A DNA stretch of 64,000 bases from a virus (Duplodnaviria; Heunggongvirae; Uroviricota; Caudoviricetes). Below the pieces are notes generated by a model. The model did no database searches. It was not told the origin of the DNA and saw only the letters and a program-made list of their open reading frames with translations. The position numbers and the translations under genes are program-made. Where the stretch lies: the IMG/VR virus record IMGVR_UViG_2519899835_000003; one strand, given 5' to 3'. Below, piece by piece: positions 1-10,000 of this stretch (positions are counted from its first letter, which is position 1; the number at the start of each line of letters is the position of its first letter).

Positions 1-1417
1 CGGCATAGCTAAAACGCCGGAATGGGCAGCAAAAATCACCAGCATCCCGGCAGAAAAAATTATCCAGTTGGCACGAGAGATCGGTTCAGCAAAACCTGCT
101 TATATTTGTCAGGGTTGGGGGCCACAACGACATTCCAACGGCGAGCAAACGTCCCGCGCTATTGCCATGCTTTCCGTTCTCACCGGTAACGTCGGCATAA
201 ACGGCGGCAACTCAGGTGTACGCGAAGGTAGCTGGGATCTGGGGGTAGAATGGTTCCCGATGCTTGAGAACCCTGTTAAAACGCAGATTTCCGTCTTTAC
301 ATGGACAGATGCCATCGACCATGGTAAGGAAATGACCGCGACCCGTGATGGTGTTCGTGGAAAAGAAAAACTGGATGTCCCCATCAAGTTTTTATGGTGC
401 TACGCCAGTAACACATTGATCAATCAACATGGCGACATCAATCACACCCATGAGGTGCTTCAGGATGACAGCAAGTGCGAGATGATTGTTGGCATTGACC
501 ACTTCATGACGGCCTCGGCTAAGTATTGCGATATCCTGTTGCCCGACCTGATGCCAACAGAGCAAGAAGACCTTATCTCTCATGAATCTGCAGGGAATAT
601 GGGCTATGTGATCCTCGCCCAACCCGCAACCTCTGCAAAATTTGAACGCAAACCCATCTACTGGATGCTGAGTGAAGTCGCCAAACGCTTAGGACCAGAC
701 GTTTATCAAACCTTTACTGAAGGTCGCAGTCAGCATGAATGGATCAAATATCTCCATGCGAAAACGAAGGAACGTAACCCTGAGATGCCCGACTACGAGG
801 AGATGAAAACGACCGGGATCTTTAAGAAAAAATGCCCGGAAGAACACTACGTCGCTTTCCGCGCATTCCGTGAAGATCCCCAGGCAAACCCGTTGAAAAC
901 ACCTTCGGGGAAAATCGAAATTTATTCTGAACGACTGGCGAAGATTGCGGATACCTGGGAATTGAAAAAAGATGAAATTATTCATCCCCTTCCAGCTTAT
1001 ACGCCAGGTTTTGATGGCTGGGACGATCCCCTGCGGAAAACCTATCCACTGCAGTTAACGGGCTTCCACTACAAGGCGCGTACCCACTCCAGCTACGGCA
1101 ATATTGATGTGTTACAGCAGGCCTGCCCACAAGAGGTGTGGATCAACCCCATTGATGCTCAGGCTCGCGGTATCCGTCATGGCGATACCGTGCGGGTATT
1201 TAACAATAATGGAGAAATGCTGATTGCCGCAAAAGTGACTCCGCGTATTCTGCCTGGCGTTACCGCCATCGGGCAAGGTGCGTGGCTTAAAGCGGATATG
1301 TTTGGTGACCGGGTCGATCACGGCGGCAGTATCAATATTCTGACCTCTCACCGCCCTTCACCGCTGGCAAAGGGAAACCCGTCGCACAGCAATCTTGTCC
1401 AGATCGAAAAGGTTTAA
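1..1417 (+). CDS. ynfF: DMSO reductase-family molybdopterin oxidoreductase catalytic subunit, 3' portion (5' end outside window)
   Basis: ORF 68..1417 translates to the C-terminal ~450 aa of a DmsA/YnfE/YnfF-type subunit. It is followed 10 bp later by the start of the Fe-S subunit gene (MTTQYGFFIDSSRCTGCKTCELACKD), the ynfF-ynfG arrangement. Paralogue choice rests on that synteny. Confidence 0.7.
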   Translation, partial: GIAKTPEWAAKITSIPAEKIIQLAREIGSAKPAYICQGWGPQRHSNGEQTSRAIAMLSVLTGNVGINGGNSGVREGSWDLGVEWFPMLENPVKTQISVFTWTDAIDHGKEMTATRDGVRGKEKLDVPIKFLWCYASNTLINQHGDINHTHEVLQDDSKCEMIVGIDHFMTASAKYCDILLPDLMPTEQEDLISHESAGNMGYVILAQPATSAKFERKPIYWMLSEVAKRLGPDVYQTFTEGRSQHEWIKYLHAKTKERNPEMPDYEEMKTTGIFKKKCPEEHYVAFRAFREDPQANPLKTPSGKIEIYSERLAKIADTWELKKDEIIHPLPAYTPGFDGWDDPLRKTYPLQLTGFHYKARTHSSYGNIDVLQQACPQEVWINPIDAQARGIRHGDTVRVFNNNGEMLIAAKVTPRILPGVTAIGQGAWLKADMFGDRVDHGGSINILTSHRPSPLAKGNPSHSNLVQIEKV

Positions 1418-1427
1418 GGAGTAGCCC

Positions 1428-1541
1428 ATGACCACACAATATGGATTTTTTATCGATTCCAGCCGCTGTACTGGCTGTAAAACCTGCGAACTGGCGTGCA
1501 AAGATTTTAAAGTTGGTTACGTATCGTTTAAAATCAATTAG
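1428..1541 (+). pseudogene. ynfG: ynfG 5' fragment (Fe-S subunit), truncated after ~28 native codons at the prophage junction
   Basis: ATG at 1428 with the native YnfG N-terminus and first CxxCxxC ferredoxin motif; reading frame leaves recognisable YnfG sequence after CKDFK and stops at 1541. Rest of the gene is absent from the window. Confidence 0.65.
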
Positions 1542-1948
1542 ATAGCCCGTCATTTCTGCGCTCACACGTCCCAACATTGAAAAACATGCAAAGCTTTGTA
1601 AGCCGATGCAAAGCTTTGTGTGTCTCACTTTTGTCCCAATACCAATCCGAATCCACCCTTTGTCATCATTGAGAAATGGCAAGGAAGAAAAGGATGTTAC
1701 TGCACGATTTGACAAATCCGCCAGAGCTATCGCATACTGACCGCACTACAACGTCAGCGGTCAACCGCACCCGATAGCTTTGCGGCTTTTTTTATGCCTG
1801 TTTACAGGTATCGCCATATCAATGGCGGGTCGAGAGAGCCTAATACAATACCCTTTCGGGAAATACGCTCCGCCGTCTGACGCGGTAGTTGAAGCCCGCC
1901 CCCCCCACTAAGGTGGCAGTCAATACTAAAACGTCAGGAGTCATAATT

Positions 1949-2578
1949 ATGACTAATCAACTCATTCCCGTTTTCGATGGAACCATCAACAACGAACCAG
2001 TTTTACTTTGCAATGCTCGCAATCTGCACGCTTTTCTTGGTATTGGTAAAATGTTTGCTCACTGGATCAAGGACAGGCTGGGTGAATATGGATTCGTTGA
2101 AAATCAAGATTTTGTGATTGCTTGCCAAAATTGGCAAGCAAAAGGTAGAGGCGGTCACAACCGCAAGGAATACCACCTCACCCTCGACACAGCCAAAGAG
2201 CTTGCGATGGTTGAACGTAACGAAAAAGGCCGCCAGATACGCCGCTACTTCATCGAGTGCGAAAAGAAACTTCGCAACATTCAGCCAGTACAAACTGAGC
2301 AGCAATTCACAACCGAGGAAATCATCCTCCTCTGCTACATGCAACTCTGGATGGAAAAAGCACAACAACTCAGTAAGCAGCTATACCCCGTCATGAGAGA
2401 ACTGAATTCTGATTACTACGGGAAACTGTTTGATCTGGCCTACGAGACTCGTCATATAACCAACCGGACTCGCGACACATTGCTCCGCGAAGCAGCAAAA
2501 CTTGATCCCGCCAACTATATGGTGCATAGGGCCAGAAGTATGCTGGCGCAACTAAGAGCAAGACAATTTGAATTCTGA
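1949..2578 (+). CDS. AntA-family phage antirepressor-like protein
   Basis: Internal ATG of ORF 1889..2578 preceded by AGGAG. N-terminal LIPVFDG...NARNLHAFL...YHLTLDTAKELAMVE pattern recalled as the AntA/AntB domain; the C-terminal ~75 aa (EEIILLCYMQLWMEKAQ...LRARQFEF) recur in the protein at 46568..47233. Confidence 0.55.
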   Translation: MTNQLIPVFDGTINNEPVLLCNARNLHAFLGIGKMFAHWIKDRLGEYGFVENQDFVIACQNWQAKGRGGHNRKEYHLTLDTAKELAMVERNEKGRQIRRYFIECEKKLRNIQPVQTEQQFTTEEIILLCYMQLWMEKAQQLSKQLYPVMRELNSDYYGKLFDLAYETRHITNRTRDTLLREAAKLDPANYMVHRARSMLAQLRARQFEF

Positions 2579-2583
2579 AACCA

Positions 2584-2606
2584 AAGGAGCTTCGGCTCCT
2601 TTTTTC
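2584..2606 (+). terminator. Rho-independent terminator (GGAGC-TTCG-GCTCC + T run); approximate coordinates
   Basis: Perfect stem-loop followed by TTTTTT directly after the stop at 2578; the same hairpin recurs on the minus strand after the paralogue ending at 46568. Confidence 0.6.
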
Positions 2607-2625
2607 ATGCCTGAAGGAAAGGAAA

Positions 2626-2847
2626 ATGGCAGATATCATCGACAATGCCGCTGAAATCGAAGAATTGCAGCGCAATCTCTCCCTGCAAAAATACAAATCC
2701 GATAGTAATGCCCCATCTGCTACTCATTGTTGCGAGTGTGGCGATCCGATAGATGAGCGGCGACGCCTGGCTGTTCGTGGATGCCGAGCTTGCGCCAGTT
2801 GCCAGCAGGATATTGAACTTATCAACAAACAGAGAGGTGTGAAGTGA
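2626..2847 (+). CDS. TraR/DksA-family C4 zinc-finger protein
   Basis: 73 aa with CxxC...17 aa...CxxC (CCECGDPIDERRRLAVRGCRACASC), the phage TraR-like arrangement. Confidence 0.6.
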   Translation: MADIIDNAAEIEELQRNLSLQKYKSDSNAPSATHCCECGDPIDERRRLAVRGCRACASCQQDIELINKQRGVK

Positions 2848-3161
2848 ACATCAACACCACGATAACGATCGATACAGCCCTGAACACCGGCCTGGCGCTC
2901 CTTGGTTATTTCTACATCATGTTCTGCAGCGGACGATGGCTGTCACTGTTGTTCATGAAAAAATGGAATAAACGCCGTAAGCAGGAGCAACGCCAGAAGG
3001 CAATGGATGCATTTTTCGAAGCCTTCGGGATTGACAGCATGGAACCAGGGGATCCAGCTCGCGCAATCAGCAGAGGGGGCGTAGTAATCCTTGTATATCG
3101 GAGTGAAGAGAAAAATGACGATCACAAAACAACGTGTAGAAAAAATCATATATCGCCATGA
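2844..3161 (+). CDS. Hypothetical small membrane protein
   Basis: ORF with a hydrophobic N-terminal segment (LALLGYFYIMF) and start overlapping the upstream stop; 3' end overlaps the next gene so true extent is uncertain. Confidence 0.3.
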   Translation: MNINTTITIDTALNTGLALLGYFYIMFCSGRWLSLLFMKKWNKRRKQEQRQKAMDAFFEAFGIDSMEPGDPARAISRGGVVILVYRSEEKNDDHKTTCRKNHISP

Positions 3162-3429
3162 AATGGGACTGAACAGCGATGTCACTGCCGAAGAGGTTTA
3201 TGACCTGGCTGTACTGGCGCTGAATTTATCAAATATCGCAAACCTGAAGCGATACGAGCTTGATATGGATTGTTGTGACTCGTTCGGTCAGGATTGTGGC
3301 GCTGACATGACTGAAGATTCTGATGGCGATTATGTTCTGTTTGATGACGTGGTTAAGTTGTTTGAGTTTGATACAACCACTCAAAAGTTAGAAATCCCGG
3401 CAAAGGAGGCTGCCAGTGAGCAAGATTGA
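3115..3429 (+). CDS. Hypothetical acidic protein
   Basis: Internal ATG of ORF 3091..3429; acidic C-terminal half. No motif recognised. Confidence 0.35.
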   Translation: MTITKQRVEKIIYRHEMGLNSDVTAEEVYDLAVLALNLSNIANLKRYELDMDCCDSFGQDCGADMTEDSDGDYVLFDDVVKLFEFDTTTQKLEIPAKEAASEQD

Positions 3430-4102
3430 CTATCAGGCACTGCGCGAGGCGGCGGAACAGGCAACGCAAGATGAATGGGTAGCATATATTTTGCCGGGTC
3501 ATAACGGCATTTATCCTGCGCGCACGTCTGAGGGTAGGCATTGCGGATACTTTATTGACTGGCCTGGCATCTGTCAGGGGCGGGAGAGCATCAACATGAG
3601 CATCAGAACCTACGCAGTGAATTGCAATGACGCATGGCTAAACACCGAAGGTGATGACATCTCCGGCTCATACGTTAAGTACAAAGACCATCAGGAAGTG
3701 GTTGCCGCTCTTGAGGCCAAGTGCGCGGCGCTGGCAGCGGAGAATGCGGGAATAAAGTCTGCAATTCCAGAATCACGGGATATTGAGGATGACAATGACA
3801 ATATGGATGACGTATCTCTCGCGGAAGACTTCGGGTTCAATCATGCAATAGAACGGATGAGGAGACAGATACCTGAAACGCCAACCACTGATGCTTTCCT
3901 GGCTGAAGTCCGGGCGCAGGGGGTGGATGCTGCTATAGAAGCTGCAAAAAATCTGGTGGCCCAAGAATATGAGTATAAGGATTTCAAAGCGGCGCAGAGT
4001 GATTGCTGTATGCACCCTGGTTCAGACCTGGTAGGGAAGGTTGAAATGACTGAGTGGTTAGTTGACTTTGCTGCCCAGCTTCGCAAAGGAGGCAACCAGT
4101 GA
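3416..4102 (+). CDS. Ead/Ea22-like protein
   Basis: GTG start after AAGGAGG; N-terminus MSKIDYQALREAAEQATQ is the signature start of lambda Ea22-like proteins. Confidence 0.6.
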   Translation: MSKIDYQALREAAEQATQDEWVAYILPGHNGIYPARTSEGRHCGYFIDWPGICQGRESINMSIRTYAVNCNDAWLNTEGDDISGSYVKYKDHQEVVAALEAKCAALAAENAGIKSAIPESRDIEDDNDNMDDVSLAEDFGFNHAIERMRRQIPETPTTDAFLAEVRAQGVDAAIEAAKNLVAQEYEYKDFKAAQSDCCMHPGSDLVGKVEMTEWLVDFAAQLRKGGNQ

Positions 4103-4650
4103 GCGAAATTAATTACCAGGCACTGCGTGAGGTGGCGGAACGTGCAATTCCAGCAATGGAACGCCTGTTAATGTTGCCAGCTGATGATGACTTGTTAAGT
4201 GAACAGGAACTTAAAGATTACGGTGTGGATATTGATGCGCTCAACGCCTTCAAATTTCTGACCGGACCAGAAACCGTGCTGGCACTGCTGGATGAACGGG
4301 AAAGAAACCTGCAATACATCAAAAGCAGCGATCAGGAGAACGAGGAGATTGCGTTAACGGTAGGGAAGCTGCGCGTTGAGCTTGAAGCAGCAAAATCAAA
4401 ACTCAACGAACAGCGTGAGTATTACGAGGGCGTTATCTCGGATGGAAGTAAGCGCATAGCAGAGTTAGAAAGTGATTCTCAGGCACAAAAGTTAGTTGAA
4501 GCAATCATTGTTGCGATAGAAAACGAACAGGAACGTCTTTTTGATGAAGATTACCTAATGGATTCGAAAGAATGCATTGACGTAATTCGTGAAGAAGTAA
4601 AGCGATGGAATGATTCCCGCGCCGCTGGCATTCGCATCAAAGGAGAGTGA
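4099..4650 (+). CDS. Ead/Ea22-like protein (second paralogue)
   Basis: N-terminus [16 protein letters not shown]; coiled-coil-like acidic body; overlaps upstream stop by 4 bp. Confidence 0.55.
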   Translation: MSEINYQALREVAERAIPAMERLLMLPADDDLLSEQELKDYGVDIDALNAFKFLTGPETVLALLDERERNLQYIKSSDQENEEIALTVGKLRVELEAAKSKLNEQREYYEGVISDGSKRIAELESDSQAQKLVEAIIVAIENEQERLFDEDYLMDSKECIDVIREEVKRWNDSRAAGIRIKGE

Positions 4651-4651
4651 G

Positions 4652-4975
4652 ATGACCACATCGCATTCTGCAATTACCCAGAAAAAAGCCTTCCACATAC
4701 TCGAACGATTAGAGGCGCTTGCTACGGAGGAGGAGATATCCCCGGAGAAACTGGTTGAGTTCAGCCGTGTGATATTGCGTCGCAAGAACGATATGGAGCG
4801 GCTGACATCTGGCGCTCCATCCTTATCAGTCAGGCGAACACTTTGTTGCAGCTTCTGCAACAAATCCCAGTACGCCGTCAAAAAGTTAATTGCTGGGGAC
4901 GCCGTTTTCATCTGCGACGAGTGTGTGGATGTGTGCAACAGAATTATCCGGGGAGAGAAAGAGGGATCAGCATGA
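4652..4975 (+). CDS. ClpX-type C4 zinc-finger domain protein (107 aa)
   Basis: C-terminal [38 protein letters not shown] matches the N-terminal zinc-binding domain of ClpX (CSFCGKSQHEVRKLIAG...ICDECVDLCNDIIREE). No AAA+ ATPase portion present. Confidence 0.65.
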   Translation: MTTSHSAITQKKAFHILERLEALATEEEISPEKLVEFSRVILRRKNDMERLTSGAPSLSVRRTLCCSFCNKSQYAVKKLIAGDAVFICDECVDVCNRIIRGEKEGSA

Positions 4976-5493
4976 AATTTTCCAAATTTTCTGAGTTGGT
5001 GAATCGTATTTTGTCCAACAACCACAGCCATCGTCGCGATATGGATGTAACGATCGTTGTTCATTCGCCTGGTCGCATCGGTTCAACACCATCAGTTGAG
5101 GTTCAGTCAATTCAGGCGGGTTTTGATTGGGATGCCGGGAAGGTGATGATTTTTCCAGCACAGCCACTGACCACGCTAACACCGGAGCAGGTTGCTGATA
5201 TCACTGATAGTGTGCGCAAAGGTCAGTCTTGGCACGCGTATCAGGAATACAAGAAGCATAAAGAGCAGTTGGAAAAATTGTCGATGGAGTTGGAAGCCGC
5301 TAAACAGCGGGAAAAAGATCTGTTTATGGAAAATGTTCGACTTAAGTCAGGTATAGCCGGTCTGATACACCTCGGTATTCGATATGCAGATGTTGAGGTC
5401 ATGAAAATTGCTGGAGATGCCCAGCTTTCTACCCCATGCACTGACAGCATCATAAACAGCATTGCAACAGGCATTCGCATCAAAGGAGAGTGA
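4972..5493 (+). CDS. Hypothetical protein
   Basis: Internal ATG ([10 protein letters not shown]) of ORF 4843..5493; C-terminus ends in the shared GIRIKGE junction sequence. Confidence 0.4.
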   Translation: MKFSKFSELVNRILSNNHSHRRDMDVTIVVHSPGRIGSTPSVEVQSIQAGFDWDAGKVMIFPAQPLTTLTPEQVADITDSVRKGQSWHAYQEYKKHKEQLEKLSMELEAAKQREKDLFMENVRLKSGIAGLIHLGIRYADVEVMKIAGDAQLSTPCTDSIINSIATGIRIKGE

Positions 5494-5494
5494 T

Positions 5495-6010
5495 ATGGCG
5501 TTAACACACCACGAACTCTGTCAGATTGCGTACAAGTTCCTTAAGCGCAACGGGTTCAAGGTTTGCTTTCATGACCGCTTTATAGCTGTAACCAGTACCG
5601 GAGAACAGCCAGATGCTATGGGATTCAGAAATTCAGCATCATGCCTGATAGAGGCGAAGTGTTCTCGTGCTGACTTGTTGGCAGATAGAAAAAAGCGTTT
5701 TCGTAAAAATCCATCTCTTGGAATGGGCGACTGGCGATTCTTTATTAGTGAGCCGGGAATTATTTCAGTTGAGGATTTACCACCTGGCTGGGGATTACTT
5801 CACGTTGTTAACGGAAGAGTACGGAAAGTACATGGGTGGCCCAAGGGTAATTGCTGTTGGGGTAATCCTGACGATAAGCCATTTACTGGAAATAAGCAGG
5901 TTGAATGCGATTACATGTTATCTGCATTAAGGCGCATGGAGTTGAGAGGGCACCTTAATGAAATATATGACGGTGTAATTGTTAATAAGAAAGAAGGAAA
6001 CGCGGCATGA
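5495..6010 (+). CDS. Hypothetical protein (possible PD-(D/E)xK-like fold)
   Basis: Internal ATG (MALTHHELCQ) of ORF 5462..6010; contains D...EAK spacing compatible with a restriction-endonuclease-like fold, unverified. Confidence 0.4.
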   Translation: MALTHHELCQIAYKFLKRNGFKVCFHDRFIAVTSTGEQPDAMGFRNSASCLIEAKCSRADLLADRKKRFRKNPSLGMGDWRFFISEPGIISVEDLPPGWGLLHVVNGRVRKVHGWPKGNCCWGNPDDKPFTGNKQVECDYMLSALRRMELRGHLNEIYDGVIVNKKEGNAA

Positions 6011-6136
6011 CCACTATTACCAAAGAGCGACTGCTGACAATCAAGCAGTGGCGCGAAACATACGGACCTGGTAGCAACGTTGTACTGCCAGCAGAAGAAG
6101 CGGAAGAACTGGCACGAATTGCACTGGCATCACTGG

Positions 6137-6667
6137 ATGCGCGAACAGATTCGCCACGAGCATGTCAAATGGTCTGACTCCACATTTGGCTGCGTTGGCC
6201 CCATTGGTCCGCTGAAACATCTCTCAAAAGAGGCTCTGGAAGCTGCAGCCGAACCAGACGATCTTAGCGAGTGGGCTGATATGCAGTTTCTGTTGTGGGA
6301 TGCACAGCGCCGTGCTGGTATCAGTGATGCTGAAATTACCGCTGCTATGGAAAATAAATTGAAGATCAACATGGAACGCCAGTGGCCTGAACCAAAAGAT
6401 GGTGAGCCTCGCTTGCACATTAAAGAACGCGGCAACTCTCCGGTAACTCCGGGTGGTTGGATAAGCTGTAGTGATCGAATGCCGGAAGACACCAAAATGT
6501 TACTGGCATTTAGTCAAGGTGAAATCGTGGCCGCATATTGGAACTGGGTTGTAAATCCAATTGATTACAAAAAATATAGAGCTTTCACGTATTTATCAGG
6601 AAATATCTTGGATGACGTAACTCACTGGATGCCGCTACCAGAACCGCCGAAGGAGGTACGCCAATGA
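6137..6667 (+). CDS. DUF550/DUF551-like prophage protein (N-terminus uncertain, possible frameshift with an ORF starting near 6007)
   Basis: C-terminus ...THWMPLPEPPKEVRQ is shared with the protein at 49821..50465. An upstream 57-codon ORF (MTTITKERLL...) in another frame resembles the N-terminus of that paralogue. Confidence 0.45.
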   Translation: MREQIRHEHVKWSDSTFGCVGPIGPLKHLSKEALEAAAEPDDLSEWADMQFLLWDAQRRAGISDAEITAAMENKLKINMERQWPEPKDGEPRLHIKERGNSPVTPGGWISCSDRMPEDTKMLLAFSQGEIVAAYWNWVVNPIDYKKYRAFTYLSGNILDDVTHWMPLPEPPKEVRQ

Positions 6668-6753
6668 CCTAGCCTGAAGCATTTGCAATTGTAGTGGCTG
6701 CCATTTCGATCGCACTGATTGTTTTTGCGATTTGCCGCTGGGGGTAAAATAGT

Positions 6754-6945
6754 TCACCTGCATGGAGATTTGATGCCGGGGAATTGTGGGGGAGCATTCA
6801 AACCTCTCCCCTTCCCGGTTAAAGACTCCATTGCTTTGCGGTCAGAGAGATACATCAGCTTCATCAGCTTAATGAAACGCATAGATCCGCCATGCTTTTT
6901 CAGCAAATACGCTGCCATTTGCGCAACTTTTTCTTCATTAAACAT
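6754..6945 (-). pseudogene. Possible N-terminal remnant of a Panacea (DUF4065)-like gene
   Basis: 63-aa ORF: MFNEEKVAQMAAYLLKKHGGSMRFIKLMKLMYLSDRKAMESLTG resembles the start of DUF4065 proteins as recalled; frame then runs into unrelated sequence and stops. Confidence 0.2.
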
Positions 6946-7068
6946 AAATCGGCTCTCTGTCTCACATGAAATACTCTTTCTGACTATATGTTAATAGCTC
7001 CGGTTATTACAGGTTAATGTGTGTTTATTTCTTAATCAGCCCCGCACTTCCGTACGGGGCCATTTCTG

Positions 7069-10000
7069 TTAATCCACTCCCACTTTTTTGTTGTACTCGC
7101 GGTTAAACCGATCCACGGCAACCTTCATATCCCGCTCTACCGATTTCACCATCGCCGCCTGCTGCGCCAGACTGAGAGAACTGTCGGCATAAATGGCATC
7201 GCGCTGTTTGCGCAAATCCTTCAGTCTCTTCCGGGTATCCTGCATAAGCCCGTTCATCAACAATTTTCCGTTGTTCTCGTCAATGAACGCCGTTCTTTCT
7301 GCACCGGTCAGACTCTTCAGCTCTGCGTGATACTGCGCAACCTCTGTCATCCGGTCGTACATCTTCTGCTGGTCTGCATACGGCATCACCTCACCCGAAA
7401 TTTTCCCCAGGAAGGGCACCTGCTGTTCCGGTATATCAATACCATTCAGCGATTTCACCGCCGCATCCGTGGTTTTGGAAATGAAGCGCCCTGTCCCTCC
7501 GGAGATATAGTCAATCCAGAATTTCAGCGATTCCGGTGTGATATCCACCGCGCCGGGACGATACTGGCTGCCACCTGAGAACGCATTCAGCCAGAATGCA
7601 AACGCCTTGTACGCTTCTGGCGTTGAACGTCTTCCCAGCTGGCTGTCAGGTTTTGGTGTACCAAACGGCATGTTCTCCTGGTAAATCTGCGCCCCCATGA
7701 AGTTTTCGTTCATGGAAAGATTCGCAAACGGACGCAGAATTGTCGGTGCTGCATTTTTCAGCAATGCCCCCGACAACGTTTCCGACGTCTCGCTGCCGAT
7801 CGGGCTGAATGCCCCCAGGATACCGCCGACAACATTACCGGCAGCACGTGAAGCAGTCAGGTCGCCCGCTGCCACACCTTCAGCTGTATGACCAAGCAGG
7901 AAGAACACGTTGTACCCGTAAGGCAGAGGAATACTCCAGTACTCACCGGCCTTGCCCCCGAACATCGATTTCATGATGACGAGGTTACGCTCTTTCACAT
8001 GAGACGGTACTTTGTCGTACCAGTTAACCCCGTCATCATCCTCACCCGCCACACTGCGGTTAAGCGAGCCAAGCAGATAACCCGCTCCCACAGCTGCAAG
8101 CACGATTTTCTGCGGTACATTGAGATTCTTCCAGCGAAGGCGCTCCAGTAACGGCCCGTCGCCATTAAGATGTCCGAGCGTTCTCACCAGGTTTGCGGTC
8201 CCCTGAATGCTGGCGTTGGCAAACATGTACAGCGAGTTCATCAGCATCCCCTGCTCACCACGACGGTTAAAGTTCACCGTCATGTTTTTGGCAAGAGACG
8301 CCGCCTGCTGGCGTGACAAACCGGCATCACGGGCGTGTTTATAGGCAGAAAGACGCAGAGCGTTTTCAACCGCGCCGTTGGCATCCTCGACCAGGTTCAG
8401 GAACGAATGCCATGCACCGATACTCTGGCCTTTCCATCCGCCCTTCGCCAGCGACACAAGGCGATCCATTTCCTTCTGCTGGCCCTCAAGGTCACCCATG
8501 TTAAACCAGCCGGTTTTACCTCCGTCCTCAACAAACTCTTTCCACACTTTCTGCCACTGTGCGCCTTTGCCCGTGAGGGTTTTACCCCGCAGACTTGCGT
8601 ATACGGCTGACATGGCGGAACGGCTGTCTTTCACCACAGCCAGCGCGGATAAGTTATCCAGCTCTTTCAGTTTACCGTCGCTCCTTCCCTGCTCAGCCTT
8701 CAGGTTCATCACCGCAGTCTGCACGTCACGGATGAAGTTACTGACCAGAAATTCCGGGTTATACGACGTGTTCACCGTTGCCAGGAAGCGGTTAACTTTC
8801 CCCAGCGTACGGATTACGGCGTTACTGGTTTCCGGCCCCATGTTCTTCATCGCACGCATCAGGCGCGGATCATGAAGTTTAATGTAGTAAGTTTTGCCGT
8901 CCTTTTTGGTGGTGAAGTAGCGATCCGCCATCATTGCCATCGGCACAGGGCGCTCGACAACTTCGCGAATGGTTTCACCAGTTTCCTGGTCCTTGCGCTC
9001 TGCAATCACACGCATTGTATCCGGTCTGTCATCAGTGAATACCTGCCAGTAATCCTTGTCGGGATTATCCTGTACCAGTTTCAGGAAGGCGTTACCCACT
9101 TCATTTTTGCGATTGCGGATCAGCGATTCACTCAAATCCTGTATCGCCTGAGTGGAAGGAGACTGTGCGCGGGATGCACGCCCCATGGCCTGCTTACTTT
9201 CACGCCCGCCGATGGTGAATCCCTTGCCTGTACGTGGCTGTGACACCACACCGTCAACATCCTGCCCTTTCAGGGGGACGTAGTAACGGTAGGCTTTCTG
9301 CCAGGCATCCACCACGCCGCTCTCTTCCAGTCCTGCCTCACGGATAATCTCACGGCGACGGGCCAGCATATCGTCAATAATCCCTGCCAGACGGTCATAC
9401 TGTGCCTGTTTGCCGCTGTTACGCACACGCTGCATGATTTCCGTCGCTTCCGCGTTGGTCATCCCCGAACCGCCGTCCGGCATTTTCGGGTTGATTTTCG
9501 CAATATGCACGTTACGTTCCGGCGCGTGACGGGCGTAGAGGTACTCATCCAGATCGGCCTGCGCAATTTTGTAGTCCGCCAGCAATTTGGCCAGCGGCTG
9601 AACGTAGCGCTCCTTCATTACGTTCAGGTCGTTTTCCGCCTTCCCGTGGAAGAGTTCTTCAGCCATATAGGCGTTATTGCTGTCATCTATTTTTCCGCCA
9701 GTTTTACGGATATTCTCCTGCACCGCCTTCAGCACCTGGAATTTATCCTGCATCTGGCGAACAAAACGGGATGCAATTGTCTCTTCCGGCGTCAGACTGC
9801 TGGTGCGGGAGTAATACGGCCCCTTGCGAATATCTTCAGGATAGAGTATTTTATCAACAGAGCCGCGATAAGAATGTTCCCCTTTGGGCAATTGGAGCCC
9901 TCTGTGCAGAAGGTTATCGCGGCTTAATTTTTCTCTCCGGTACAACGTTAAACCGGTCATTTCCATACTCTTCAGTTTTTTCCCGTTTTCCGTACCGTAA

